DNA of 63,814 bases, filler included, from Octopus bimaculoides (taxonomy: Eukaryota), in assembly GCF_001194135.2 (NCBI RefSeq). It is 7 parts of 7 records of this genome, joined end to end, with 100 filler letters (N's around TTAATTAATTAA, not from the genome) between each part and the next. Parts side by side here need not be neighbours in the genome. Positions count along the whole stretch, not along the records: positions 1 to 26,221 come from NC_068989.1; 6 more parts are not named here. One strand, given 5' to 3'. The notes beneath the pieces were generated by a model. It was not told the DNA's origin and did not search any database. It saw nothing but the letters and a program-made list of their open reading frames with translations. Positions 1 to 14,314 of the stretch are shown in pieces. The position numbers were made by a program, and so were the translations under genes. The first letter of the stretch is position 1. Each line of letters starts with the position of its first letter.

Positions 1-49
<49 letters not shown>

Positions 50-393
50 CTTCTATGTATGTATGTATGTATATATGTCTGTGTATGTGTTTGTCTGTGA
101 GTGTGTGTGAATATGTGTCTGTGACTGTGTGTGTCTGTATTATTTAAAAAAGTGTGATTCGGCTGAAGCCCATCTCTTTTAGGCTTATATGACATATACG
201 TATACACATATATATCCGAGATATATGAGACGGTAGAAGTGGGTGTGGTATTGGTCGTGTAGGTGTGCGTGTGTCTGTGTATGCCTGTGTATTTGAGTGC
301 GTGGAGTGGTGTGTGTTAGTGCCTGCTACATAAGCATGTCTACATTGGATACATTTATCATTATTGTTATGATCATCCTCATCATCATCACCG

Positions 394-463
<70 letters not shown>

Positions 464-2406
464 CGGTGCTGGTGCTAGTGGTGGTAGTAGTAGTAGTAGT
501 AGTTGTACTAGCAGCAGCATTTGTTGTTGCAATAAAAGCGGGTAAATTCGAGTTACTTTCTTAGATATCGCATACAACCTCGCTTAACTATGATACGATA
601 TCGTAAACGAAGCCAAGTAATAAGCATCCGCGTGGGATCTGTATGCAATCAACCATGTAACACTATATAACACATTACGGTCGCTATATGCAAGTGGAAA
701 CTCTGCTAGGCTTAGATAAAAGAACCTCACCAGGGATTGGGTACCACTACAACCCGGTACCGATACACTGCTGCTTTTATTGAAAAAAAGAAGAAAGAAA
801 AACAGCTGTTTACCCGCATGCAAAAATACTGAACATGAATTCGTATGTGAATAAAGAAGAGAACTATGATCTCGTTTAAGTCACCCTGGAATATTAGTTA
901 TCTAAACATGATTGTAAAAAAAAAATAACGCTTCCTGTGCCACAAGAACTTTCGTAAGAAGTACACCAGCATCTTATTAGAAAGAGAAGAAAAACGGCAA
1001 CGTATTTTGTAGCATTAAGTATAAGATATGGGGTATTACACAGTACACCTGAGTACAAGAAAGAATTAGTGTTTGCTCGCAATATTCCGAGCAAACGGGA
1101 GTAATGAAATTGCAAACAATCAGAGCGATGCACTTCTGTGACCTTTCGTCTGAAAAGAGGTATAATTTATTGCCTCACTGTTCTTAAAGTCTTTTAATTC
1201 TAAGAGAAAAACTGTGTCTATAACTTTTTATTGTGTCTCCGAGTCTAGATCATAGAGGACGGAAGGTTCTTTCAAACATCTCCGGATATTTGCAACAGAG
1301 GAAACTTTGAGTGCCTTTAAACACTCAAAGTTTTATACCATGCGTCAGATTAAGTAGGCTACGGGTTAATTTGACCTTAGAACGCAAAATACGGGACAGA
1401 CATTGCAAGGAATCCGGTTTGATGTTCTTAAAAATCCAACCAGTCCATCATTCTGGGTTGAAGTGTTTTTTTTTATGGACCTCGAAAATATGAAAGCCAA
1501 ATTTGACCAAACATGATTTGAACTTATAATGCAGAATATCGGATCAAATAATGTGAGATCATTTTATCTAAGGCTCTAGCGATTCGCCCATTCGATGCCT
1601 ACTATGATAATTTCCCTGTTGCAGATCGACTGAAAAAAATCCCACCCAGGCTGAAGAACCTCTTTAAAACTGACTTTATTCAGACACCAGTTCGTTCATT
1701 CATCTTTCCGAAATAAACATCATATCGCTTTCTGACCACATATTGGAGAACAAGGACAATGGTAAAGATACCGCAGTTTCCGAACGTGACAGATCCGCGC
1801 AAGAATGAAGAGCGACACAGCTTTTGCTTAACAGTGAAATTCCGCGTATTACAGCACACAAGATCAACCCTGACAAAAGATCGAGGCTAACATCAGGCTG
1901 ACATCACGGTGAGACATGTTTGATGCTAAACATATTCTATTCAATCTAAGATAATCAGCAACATCCTCCGGATATCCGAGATCACATTGCTGAGTCACAT
2001 GTTTATTCCATTGTCATTTTCATTTCTGGTAATACTTGATGACGTTAATACCCGCAGAGGTAATTACATGAAAGACTTATGTAAATTCGCTATAGTTAGA
2101 GATTATTAATGTTATAGATGTTTACCTACATACGTGCAAACACGCACAAGCGCGCGCACAATAAAGTGTACATGATCACAAAAGTGAATTTCGTGCATTA
2201 ATGTTTAAGATCATAAACCACATATACTTATCAATATATTGTAAGCTAATGATCACAATTGTGTAATAATAAATATAGTTTATATAAGTTTTTAGTCGTG
2301 TCTACAATCGTTCGTAAAATCACGAATAAAATATATATACGCATATATACATGCATATACACATACATAAATACATACATATACGTCAATATATATACAT
2401 ACATAA

Positions 2407-2449
<43 letters not shown>

Positions 2450-3499
2450 TACACACGCACATATTGAGTCATGGGTGATCATATATAAGCACATACTAAT
2501 ATACATTTATTAATGGTTATTGTATGTGGCTTCATTGACATTTGTCAGTTAATGCGCATGCGTCTTTGCTTACTTATTCATGACGTCCAAACGGAAATTA
2601 CGAGCGCTATGTTACAGTAGACTAAATGAAATGTTTACAAACATTGCTGCAGTAGACATTAAAACACGCACATAAACACACACATATATTTATGTTTATA
2701 TACATATATGTATGTACGTATGCATGTATATATTACATGTTTGGAAGTACATATATATATGTATATCTATAATTATCTATTTCTATTTATGCGTGTGTTT
2801 GTGTCTAATCAGTTATATATTTATTCATGTACGAATGAAATATAAGAATCATATGTCAACGAGAACGGAAACTGAAAGTCATCAAAAATCATGATTTCGT
2901 TGAAATTAAAAACAAAAACAAAGTAAAATAGTGTTGTCTATTGTGTCATATCGATTGTTAATAGTGCGCTAAAGAGCATAAGATTAAAAATGTGATAGAA
3001 TGCATAACGTTCATGCATTTCTTGGGAGCATTTGTCGCATCAATGAGTTCGTTTTAGTTGGAAGCATAAACAGGGACCCGAATTCAACATAGCGAGATAT
3101 TGACATTCTATACACGCGAACACATTTTAATCTTCACATTTGTGTGATTGAGACAAGGTCTGTTATAAACACGATGCATTACGATATACAGATGCGACCA
3201 GGGATAATGGGTAAATAGTTAGTTTTTGTTGCATATTCAGATGGTGCCAAATACCAACATGGTGGAGTTATTATTTTCTGAGCAGCATTTAACAATCACG
3301 TATAATCTTCTATAAACATTATTTCTAAATCTCTCAAAGAGAGTTATTCATTAGCAGTTCTTTAAAGTAAAGACTACTTGCCAACACAATGTGGCTGTCC
3401 GGGAAGGGACGATTGTTAATGTTGTTTAGCCCCAGGAAACATCGTTTCCAGCTGGCTATACGAAACAATATCTGTGTCCTTATATTTTCGAACAGGGCG

Positions 3500-3618
3500 T
3501 CCAGCACCCACCATCCAGCACAAAACAAATGTGAAATAAAGTGTCTTGCTCAAGGACACAAAGCGTCGCTGGGAATTGAACTCACGACTTTACGATCGTA
3601 AGCCAAATACCCTAACCA
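3500..3618 (-). mobile_element. tRNA-headed SINE family C, 5' fragment
   Basis: Reverse complement of the head seen at 25918 (gagttcaattcccagcgacg...tgtgtccttgagcaagacactttatttcac). Confidence 0.8.
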
Positions 3619-3879
3619 ATACTATATTATCGAACGTGACCTTTTCTTTTTAAGACGGCCAGCGTGGTTTAAGAAATTGTGATGCTATTTCTAGCAAGTA
3701 GAATTACCTCATTAAACAGTCTGTTCGTTTCTATAGCAAAATAGACTAAACTATTGAGTGCTATGGGTTTTGCTCGGGGTCACGATGCACCATCGGTGGT
3801 AGTTTACAAACCATTGATAATTGTTTGTATCGAAGAAAGAATAATGTTCATAAGCAATGAGAACAAATATTGGTTTCAA

Positions 3880-4085
3880 ATTTTGGCTCAAGGACAGCAG
3901 TTTAGGGGAGGGTGTAAGTCGATTACATAAGCCTCAGTGATCAATTGGTACTCTTTTTATTGACTCCGAAAGGATGAAAGCTAAAGTCAACCTCGGTGGA
4001 ATTTGAACTTAGAAGAACGTAAAGACGGTCGAAATGCCTCGACGCATTTTGCTCGGTGCGTTACTGATTTTGCCAGCTCGCTCTT
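3880..4085 (-). mobile_element. SINE family B, degenerate copy
   Basis: ccgaaaggatgaaagctaaagtcaacctcggtggaatttgaact...gccagctcg matches the full copy at 42642-42860. Confidence 0.8.
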
Positions 4086-4193
4086 TTAATGGGAACAAAT
4101 TGAAAATTACGACATTAACTCCTTCAGTCACAATTTTTCAGCATAAATTACAAAAATTAAAATTACAAAATGTAAATTATAATTGAGTCACAG

Positions 4194-4310
4194 TTACCAA
4201 TTCATCGGACACCTCTAAAACGCATATATAACCAAGACCACGTGATTCTGACTCAGTGTTTGCTCCCAAATCATGAAGGATGGCTGAATGTTCTTGTAAA
4301 TCTCACAGAT
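4194..4310 (+). CDS. Candidate internal exon, 117 nt, phase 0/0 (LPIHRTPLKRIYNQDHVILTQCLLPNHEGWLNVLVNLTD)
   Basis: cacag acceptor (weak pyrimidine tract), open frame, GAT|gtaagt donor; protein not recognised. Confidence 0.3.
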
Positions 4311-6781
4311 GTAAGTAAATTGGTATTTTTTTTTACCCAGTATTAGCAACATTTTTATTTATCCGTGCCAAAAATTAAGTATATTGAATATTGAATTCTT
4401 TAAAAAATCTACTCAATATATGTTATTTATGTGTATTTTGGTATAAATAAAAATTAAGAATTAAAGAAATTTTTACTTTTTTATCCCTGACTGAAACGGT
4501 TAGATAAGTTCACAAATTTCTAGAAATATGATATAGTCATTGAATGAGTTTCTGGAAATGTCTGATAAGGACTTGAACGATATGACAAAAATAAAAAAAA
4601 AGGTTGCTGCCAGTCTAACTTGAAGTAGATAAAAAGAGAAATGAATCTTTATATATCACATAAAGAAATCAATCTTCATTATTGAAGAAAATGCCATTAG
4701 TAATTTGTAGTGTTCGTTTAGGGTCTTTCTGTCTTGCTACAAAGGCTCCCGTATTTTAGGGAAACGGATAAGAGATATTATAGATTTCATGTTTATCTCT
4801 AGCACATTAAAGGTCTCGTAGAGTGGCTGTTAACTGTTGACAACCAGTGCAATAAACTGCAAGCTATGGTTTGAATTTACGAGAAGCTTTCCCTTACCTC
4901 TCTAATACACGTTGATCTAATGCTTAAAGACGTTAATTTTATCTGACAAGGTGTAAACAGAATTTTGGAAGAGGCAATGGTATTTAATGAAATTTATACA
5001 ACCTAACACAGTATAACAGTGTTGACTGGGTGTAACGCTCGTAGGGAAGGATGATTATTTTATCGAAATGGTAAGGAATGGAAAGCCCATAGTGTAGAAG
5101 GGAACTTGTTCTCGGGCCATAAAAGAAAGAAACCCAAACCGCTCGTTTAGTGTAGCACATTATAGTTTCTGTTATTTCACGAGACTTTTAGCAATACTGA
5201 TTAAAGATTGAAAATGGTTATTTTCTTCATTTGTTTATTTTCTTATATCTAAAGAAAAAAAAGGCTTGTCTGTAATTACTGTTACTTTTTAATTTAAGAT
5301 TAACATCTGATTCTTGAGTACCTTCTCTAAGTATATGCCAAAAAGAAAGGTTTTGCCCTCTATTTACTTTTTTTTTTAGTAATTAATTTGAATACATTTG
5401 ACATTCCACTGATTGCGATTGTTTATGAATTCTTCACTGATATCACAGTTGTTCAACTGAACTGATTAGTATATTTATGTTTGCTCAACTTTTGGGTGTT
5501 AGACTTAAACTATTTGGATTCACAGCCTTAATCCATTACATGATTTAACACACATCACCTGACCCTTGAATGACTTTCGTAGAGGCAAGTCTACTCTGCT
5601 GTAAGCATTTACGCTTGGTTAATGGTTTGGGAATAATTTCGTTTATTCCTCCAACCAATATCGGAGTCTGAAAACCAAAACAAAAATGTCGTGGTTGTTG
5701 AACTTACAATTCTGAATAAGTCACGTGAAAAATTCACTTCCATAAAAGAATCGGATTAAAATTTAGATTACCCTGGCATAAAATACGCTCATTTGACAAT
5801 CATCAAAATTATGTTACAATAAATATGAATAGGTATGCAATGCATATGTGCATCTTCCTGTAAATATTTTTCATTTACAACCTGTGGTAGATACACACAC
5901 ATACAAATATAAATATAATATAAATATATACTTATAAATATATATGTATACATATACATATAATCACACACACATATATATACATATGTCTGTATGTGCG
6001 TATGTGTTTATTTGTATGTGTTGGTGTGGGTAATTGTGTCTATTACTAAAATATTTTTTATGAATTGCTCGCTTTCTTTGCCATATATCGCGTAAATGAA
6101 TAGTCAACATATTAAACTTCACGAGCAGGTTTCAGTTTCTTGTTACATATACTTTATGTCATGTTACTTGACTTGTTTAAACCTTGGAAAAAATATGAAA
6201 AATGTTATTGACGTCATTGAACTATAAATCAATATCTTGTGAGCATAGACCCTACCATTTATTTGCTAATGTTTTCAAGAGCATGTATGCATCGCAACAT
6301 ATATTATAACCAGTAAAATATGCACACACCGTTCCTCTGAAGTATAATGGTTATGGATACATATTTTCAGTGGAAAAAATTACATACACCAAAAAATATA
6401 TTTGCATGTAGAAATTCTCTGTTTGCGTAAGTAATTCTTTACAGAATTTTCTCGCAACGACTAAGTTGAATACATTTAACCTGTACTAAAGCGAAGAACG
6501 AAGATCCCATAGCTACAAAATACATAATATCAAGATTCGCTTACATATAATAATGAATTCTAGGATCTTAGTTTCAAAAGGAAGAAATAATCTGATCAGT
6601 TTGAGAAAATAATAATACAGATTTTTGGATAGTTTTCTATAAATTCTATTTCAAGTAATCATATAATACTTTCAAACACAGCCCCTAAGTTGGTAATTTC
6701 ATATACGAGTATATATATATATATCTATATCTATATCTATATATACAAATTATATATATATATAATATATATATATATATA

Positions 6782-6817
<36 letters not shown>

Positions 6818-6831
6818 TGTATGTATGTATG

Positions 6832-6866
<35 letters not shown>

Positions 6867-7585
6867 ATATATATATATATGTTTGTATACATACATACGC
6901 ACATTCATATATATATATATATATATATATAAATATCTATATATAAGTATATATATATATGTATATAAATATAAGTATGTATATATCTACATACATATAT
7001 TACTATATATTAGTATATACATTCATATATGTGTGTATATATATATATGTAAATATATATGTATATATATGTATATTTATGTGTATATATATATATATAT
7101 ATATANNNNNNNNNNACAAAGAAATGCATATGTATTAATTTCTATACCTCTCTATGTTTGCATTGACACACACACATACGTGCGCGCGCGAACGCGCACA
7201 CATAGACAGACATGCTCTTGCGTATTCACATACACGTCACCAAATGCATATCTCATTGTATTCACTTACCTACAATATGTACATATGCAAATACTTGCCA
7301 AAGATATATATATATCATAAATAAACATGCAGTTGTTTACCCGAAATAATTCGGAATACAATATGATGTATTGTATTCAAATAACGTATTTTGATAGCGA
7401 TTGGACATATGCACAAAAATAATAGCTATAGAATAAAGGAATAAAGGGATGAGAGTATCTTAGTACGAGTGAGACGGAGAGTAAACCAATCCGTGAAGAC
7501 GGATTTCTTTTGAGAAAAAAAGAGGACCATAAAGATGGATAGCTCGCTTATTAGAATGATAGATAGAAGAATTATATATATATAT

Positions 7586-7661
<76 letters not shown>

Positions 7662-8974
7662 GCGGATGGATGGATTGATGGATGGACGGATGGATAGATA
7701 GATAAATGGATGGCTGGATAGATAGATAAGTGGATAGATAAATAGAGAAGGTGAGTGAGAGGTAATGTGGAGTATGTTGGTATAGTGATACTTTGTCGAA
7801 ATATGGAAACGAACTGTTAACGAGTATTCTTGGTGAAGAAAGCATATCTTTTCATGTGCTACTGTTACAAATAAGAGATTTTCTGGTATGCAATTCTTTA
7901 AAACTGCTCCATTTGTAGGATAGAGACAGGGAGAGAAAGAGAGCGGGTGAGAAAGAGAGAGGGAGAGAGAGATATAGAAAGAGATGGGAAGTGACAAAAA
8001 CACAAAACTACTATTTACATATATGTATATGTACATATATGTACATATATGCTTATATATACATATATTTATATAATATTCAAAAATATATTTATGTGTG
8101 TATGCCACTCTATAAATGTATATTTATATATATAAAATTTATANNNNNNNNNNNNNNNNNNNNNNNNNNNNNNNNNNNNNNNNNNNNNNNNNNNNNNNNN
8201 NNNNNNNNNNNNNNNNNNNNNNNNNNNNNNNNNNNNNNNNNNNNNNNNNNNNNNNNNNNNNNNNNNNNNNNNNNNNNNNNNNNNNNNNNNNNNNNNNNNN
8301 NNNNNNNNNNNNNNNNNNNNNNNNNNNNNNNNNNNNNNNNNNNNNNNNNNNNNNNNNNNNNNNNNNNNNNNNNNNNNNNNNNNNNNNNNNNNNNNNNNNN
8401 NNNNNNNNNNNNNNNNNNNNNNNNNNNNNNNNNNNNNNNTATATATATATATATATGTTAACTGTTTGATAAAGAAGTACAATGAACATTGAAAATAAAG
8501 AACACAAATAGAGGAACGAATGAACGTAAGAATGAGCGAATTACACTAAAACTTCCTATATTTCAATCTCCTGATCAATGTTATTTAACTGTGAATATTC
8601 GAACAAAGCAAGAAAAAACAAAACAAAAAACATTTGCTATTGACAACAACAGCAAGAAAAAGAAGAGTAACACTAATAGTTTCGTTGTAAAAGATATAAG
8701 CAAGAATTTAATATGCATTTTCATTTAAATACTATTTTCCTTTGGTTTTTCATTTTTCATTCATAACTTTTTTATTCTGTAGTGAAATGGCGATTCATCG
8801 TGTATTTCCTTCAAACAGACAAAGTTTTTTGGGTGAAAAAAACCCCAAGTCTCATCATTTAGCATCAACAGAAAAAGAAAGGATTTCCATTATTTATTGT
8901 AATATTTCTTTAACACATACATACACACACACACATGCACACACACACATATACTCATATATGTGTGTGTATAA

Positions 8975-9051
<77 letters not shown>

Positions 9052-9148
9052 GGTATATATGTATGCATATACATAAGCACATATGTGTGGCACGTATATA
9101 TATGTATATAATATATATATATACATATATACATACATACATATGCAT

Positions 9149-9253
<105 letters not shown>

Positions 9254-9281
9254 TATGTCCATCTATACTTATAGAAATATA

Positions 9282-9556
9282 TTATGTTACCGGTAATAGA
9301 AGAACATGTGTGTGTATACATGTAGAAATGTAAATAATAAATAATAAACATATGTATAAATAAACACTATATATAAATCACGTTTATTTATAAATATATT
9401 TATTGTTTATTATTTACACATCTATATACATATGCACACATGGTTTTTCTATTATGGGTAACAGTTTATCTTTCAGAGACGTCATTGAAAAGAAAGTATT
9501 ATAGTTATATCTTTTTCATGAAATTTGTCTTCTCGTATAAATTCTTTGCCATTTGG
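9282..9556. repeat. ~275-bp direct duplication, copy 1
   Basis: Near-identical to 10599-10872 (about 8 differences by eye). Confidence 0.95.
9482..9556 (-). CDS. Candidate terminal exon (PNGKEFIREDKFHEKDITIILSFQ*)
   Basis: aagtttaattttccag acceptor on the minus strand, 24 open codons to TGA, AATAAA motifs downstream; protein not recognised. Confidence 0.15.
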   Translation of the reverse strand, partial: PNGKEFIREDKFHEKDITIILSFQ

Positions 9557-10049
9557 CTGGAAAATTAAACTTCACATATTTATATGCAGCATGTTTACGA
9601 CTTTACAGTTGCAGCTACATCGACGTCATCCTGACATTAAAATAGTTTACGTTGGTGCGGTTTTATATTTAGCAGAGTCAAAGTCACAAATATGTAGACG
9701 TTACAACCGGCGAATCGAATTTCCAACTGAAACATTTATCCATCATCAGCTACGTCTCTTAGTTTTGCCATTGTATTTTAGCAATGAATATTTCTTTTTA
9801 CATTATAGTGTATTATGAACATCACTTCCATCACTAGTATTCTTTTTTTCTTTCTTTATTCTTTTACTCGGCCAGAGTCTGAGGCGATGCTGGTGTTATG
9901 TCTCAACGCTACTGCTATCTAGCACATTCGAATAATCTCTACTCAACCGCTACACAACTGCTACTCGACTGCTACTCAACAGCTACTCAACACAACACAC
10001 CTATCACAGCCAGACTACCTCTATGTATATGTCTTGGGAGATCCTACTT

Positions 10050-10590
10050 CTTCACCTGGGGGAGTCGACACAACAGCTGGAGTACTGTCTTTCAGTGTTT
10101 TGGGGTCTCCTTTTGGTAAAGAAGCAAGTTGGATGAAGCTGCTCTTCCTTGTGCCCCTGCCGTGATGTGGGCTCATCTGGGATTTTAGACAGAAATTTGT
10201 CCAGCTGCTTTTTGAACGTTTCCACATTTACACTTTGCAGATCCCTAAGGTTCCTTGGCAGGATGTTAAACGGTTGTAGTCTCCTGAAACCTAGGCTGTT
10301 GCAATACTGGGTCCTTATTTGAGATGAAGAAGACGGTATCTTTGGTAGTATGCAATGCCGTCCAGTTCGGTGGTTGGTATAGCTTTTAGCCCCAACGTTG
10401 GAAACTAGACCTTCCAGAATCTCCCTTATGTATATCATTGCATAACTTTGTCGCCTTCTCTCCAGGGAGAAGAGCTTTAGTGCTTGTAGCCTCTCCCAGT
10501 AGCTCATCTGCATCATCGAGTCGATCTTCTTTGTGTAGTTTATTTTTGTTTGAGTTCTTTGTATGATGAATGTATTTATCAAAGATATTT
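10050..10590 (-). mobile_element. CR1/L2-group LINE, 5'-truncated ORF2 C-terminus
   Basis: SYWERLQALKLFSLERRR...EILEGLV...FNILPRNLRDL...FKKQLDKFLSKIPDEP is the typical post-RT C-terminal region of CR1-group LINEs. Confidence 0.85.
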
Positions 10591-10598
10591 CATCTGTT

Positions 10599-10872
10599 TT
10601 ATGTTACCGGTAATAGAAGAACATGTGGTGTATACGTGCAGAAATGTAAATAATAAATAATAAACATATGTATAAATAAACATTATATATAAATCACGTT
10701 TATTTATAAATATATTCATTGTTTATTATTTACACATCTATATACATATGCACACATGGTTTTTCTATTATGGGTAACAGTTTATCTTTCAGACACGTCA
10801 TTGAAAAGAATGTATTAGAGTTATATCTTTTTCATGAAATTTGTCTTCTCGTATAAATTCTTTGCCATTTGG
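10599..10872. repeat. ~275-bp direct duplication, copy 2
   Basis: Matches 9282-9556; directly abuts the truncated 5' end of the CR1 fragment. Confidence 0.95.
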
Positions 10873-11394
10873 AAATTTAATTGGAAATTTAATTCCCCGG
10901 TTGTAACGTCTATAGAGTTCACTGCAAATGCTCCTTCTTGAAGAAGTAATTATAAGCCTGTAGGACTGTATCATACTTATATGGTAATTTTTACAATGAA
11001 AACACTTAAGTTTATTACGTTCTTGTTTTGCAATCAAATTTTAAAACATTTTGGTCGTAAGTAGCTTGTTTGTGGGATTACAGTTATTTGGCTTGTTATG
11101 ATAAGTGATTCTTTTTTGTTTTAGCGCTTCAGTAGTATTTTATTTGTGTTAACTTCTGTTTTGTTGCAATGGATTTTATGTTCCCCTTCTACGAGATTTT
11201 TCATAATACGTTAATTTATATGATAGTGACTATGCAACAGATTTATGTTATACAGTTTATAGGAAGTTATCTTCAAATAGTCATTGTAGTTTTTGTAAGA
11301 GCGGGCTCTAAGCACTTTATAGAATATCACTTTTCTAAGACGTTCTTTGATTTTGATTATATCTTTTTTGCTATGCTATATATGGAAGGGCTTA

Positions 11395-11530
11395 GCCTAG
11401 TGTTTTGAGTGTTCCACTCACGATAGTAATATCGTGGTTTCGATTCCCGGACAACCGGGTGATACGCTGTGTTTTTGAGAAGAACTTTTACTCGTTACTC
11501 CAGTTCACTCAGCATTAGTTGTGAATTTAA
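11395..11530 (+). mobile_element. SINE family C, degenerate head
   Basis: gcttagcctagtg...ggtttcgattcccgg...gctgtgtttttgagaagaactttta resembles 25918-26010. Confidence 0.6.
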
Positions 11531-12104
11531 CACTACGACAAACCGCTGTCTCATTCAGGAGGGAAGCATTGCAATCTCAATCATATGTATGCCATTTAAA
11601 CTGGTTTAAGTTCCTTTTATATGAATCTTAGATCTCTTGACAGAAGTAAGTGTAAGAATATTCCTCTAGTAATTGCCTTTCGTATATTTTCAACTGTATC
11701 TTTTCTTTATTCAATTTATTGCGAATTTGAAGCTATATTCTTCTATTTTCTTTATTTTTACTTATGTTTCCACGTGTGCGGGTGTTGATATTCGTCTATA
11801 AATATACCTAAGGGAATTTTTACTTTCATTTATTATTGCTATTGCATGTAATGCAATGGCAATTTCATATAATATTGCGCTTATCTTGGTGATATTTATG
11901 TGCATGTCTGCTTAAATTTCCTATATTTTATATTGTTGCTACTATTTCATTGTAAATGCTATAATTAGGAGGCTCTTTCGCCGGTCCCTAATGTGACAGT
12001 TTATCACTAAATCCTTATCATTAAATTTTAGTCCTAGTAATAATTTCTATCTTTAAGACTTTGTATTTTTTCAGCCATTGGACTGAAGTAATGAAAGGGC
12101 ACCA

Positions 12105-12310
12105 CTGTTAGACAACCGGTGTCGGTGTATTCACGTCCCCGTAACTTTGCGGTGCGGATAAAGAGACCAATAGAATAAGTACCAGGCGTAGAAAAATTAA
12201 AGAAGAAAAAGTAATAATAAGTACTGGGGTCGATTCATTCGACTGAAAGGTCTTCAAGGCGGTGCTCCAGTATGGCCGCAGTCTAATGTCTAATACAAGT
12301 AAAAGATAAA
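12105..12310 (+). mobile_element. SINE family A, 3' half
   Basis: acgtccccgtaact...gagaccaatagaataagtacc...ggggtcgattcattcgact...ggcggtgctccagtatggccgcagtc...taaaagataaaa. Confidence 0.85.
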
Positions 12311-12311
12311 A

Positions 12312-12355
<44 letters not shown>

Positions 12356-13022
12356 CGTAAGTATCGAACAATGAGAATTAATGCTCAACACTGCATTTGT
12401 GGTTAAAAATTAGCTATTCATTACATTAAAATTTATTTAAATATGTATTTTCTTAAGAAGAATTTTTTTGTCAATGTTGTCCATGTGAAGGATTCAACAA
12501 GTAAAAAAATCCAAGGAGAGGTAATGGGTTATCGTTATTATTGTGGGCAGAGGAGATAATGGTTCAGCTTTCGGTAGGGGTGGGGGAAATATATATATAT
12601 ATATACACAAAAATTCAAAAATAGAGTAATGGGGAGAAATATGCACACTGATGGGTATGTAATCGTGAATTAAAATATGTAAAGTGATCAAAGTTGGTTA
12701 TGCGTGCATATTTAGACGTGTTCTGTATTTTTCGATGAAAAAAACTTTTCTTTATTTAAAAGTTCTTGTAAAGAAATTGTATCTCTGCACTGGTAGAAGG
12801 GGAAAACTCTGAAATTTGGTTTGATGTTACCTGCACATTTCTCTATGTGTTCACTTAAAGGAATTTGTCTATATTGCGAGAACCGGTCGACGAAGAAAAC
12901 ACATGATATATTAAAAATTATATGAAAACTCTGTAAAGTGTGTGCGTTTTCCTTCTTTAATTTCTTATATATTTATATTACAACTCACCAGGTGGGGATA
13001 ATCGAAATTCCTCCATTTCTGT

Positions 13023-13060
<38 letters not shown>

Positions 13061-13126
13061 AGTCGCCCTGATTGATCGCTAAATCCACAAGTTTTTTTTA
13101 TTCTCTCCTTCTTTATTTCCTCGTGT

Positions 13127-13166
13127 CCCTTTCTGTTAAAGAGCGCATGCTCGAAACTTAAAAGAC
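13127..13166 (+). ncRNA. Degenerate minimal hammerhead-like motif in a PLE-type terminal repeat
   Basis: cttt-CTGTTAA-a-GAGC gcat GCTC-GAAAC-TTA-aaag: stems I and II pair, but the core deviates from CUGANGA and GUH. Confidence 0.35.
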
Positions 13167-13267
13167 GTTTTCACTTTCCCGAACCAATATACCAGCTTGT
13201 TGTTTATATACCTGTCTTCGTCTTTTGTTTTTCTGTAAATTTCAACTATATATGTATATATATATAT

Positions 13268-13405
13268 ATATACCGGACTTCTGCTTATCTTCCGTCTACC
13301 AAGTTTGCTTACAAATACTGGTCGATTTGCGACTATAGTAAAAAATATTTGCCCAATGTGTCGTACTGTGGGACTGATCTTGAAAGTATTTGGCTGTAGA
13401 GTAAT
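13268..13405 (-). mobile_element. SINE family A, degenerate 5' part
   Basis: tccgtctaccaagt...actatagtaaaaaatatttgcccaatgtgtcgtactgtgggactga matches the reverse complement of 25520-25660. Confidence 0.7.
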
Positions 13406-14150
13406 ACAACCATTTTATTTCTATCTTTGCTTAGTTTATTCTGCTACATGTTTTCCTAGTTGATTCCATGTAAGTGTTCTCGGATTTCATTTATACAGCT
13501 TTCTTATTTTGGTTGTTTTGCTTGTATGATGTGCGTGTTTTCTTTGCTTACGCTTTAAATCCTTCTATTCTTATTGTTTGCCTTTTATTCGTCATTAGTA
13601 ATTTTTTTTATCCATTACCCTTAAAACTGTTCTATACTGGATATCATTTAAGTCTTGAAGACGCATCTTAAGTTAACTTATGTCCAACCCTTTTAGATCA
13701 AAGTTGTTTTCTCCTTTTGGTGTATATACATATATTTTAAATATTGTGCTAATGTCGTATTTTCTGGAGTACAGTTTAGGTGAAAAAAAAAACTATGCAG
13801 TATATATACTGTTCTCGAGTCTACAACTTTCCCCCTTTTCTGTTTTATTAGAAATAGGTGAAAAGTAACGCCGCATCCACTCTTTAATGTTTTATCGTTT
13901 TCGTCAAATACCAACATATTTGTTTCAGCTAAAATGGAATATTGCACTTTTCATTTTTGGCATATTGTTGTATATGAAATTTAACGTGAGCAATTTGCTG
14001 TTAGCTTTAGGTTTATTGAAAGGGGTCTTCTCTGTATCATTTTCCAATTTTCTAGGGCCGACTAGAATAAAAAAAAATTGCAATATATCATTTCTAAAGG
14101 GTCGATATAATCGACCAATCCTTCCATTTGAAAATATATTCGTGTCGATA

Positions 14151-14263
<113 letters not shown>

Positions 14264-14278
14264 ACGATTGTTGTTGCG

Positions 14279-14314
<36 letters not shown>

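Noticed and set aside
690-2100. Non-repetitive stretch with protein-like patches (e.g. IILSKALAIRPFDAYYDNFPVADRLKKIPP...)
   Set aside because: Frequent stops in all frames and no recognisable motif; may be a decayed gene or element, but I cannot support a call. BLASTx would decide.
4898-5667. Minus-strand micro-exon candidates at ~4898-4942 and 5613-5667
   Set aside because: Splice signals only; such matches are expected by chance in AT-rich DNA and no peptide was recognised.
10880-11045. Apparent hAT dimerisation-like words (DVTTGE..F.L and NLI...RNKL)
   Set aside because: They occur in the wrong order and in different frames, and the SNA..ER.FS motif is absent.
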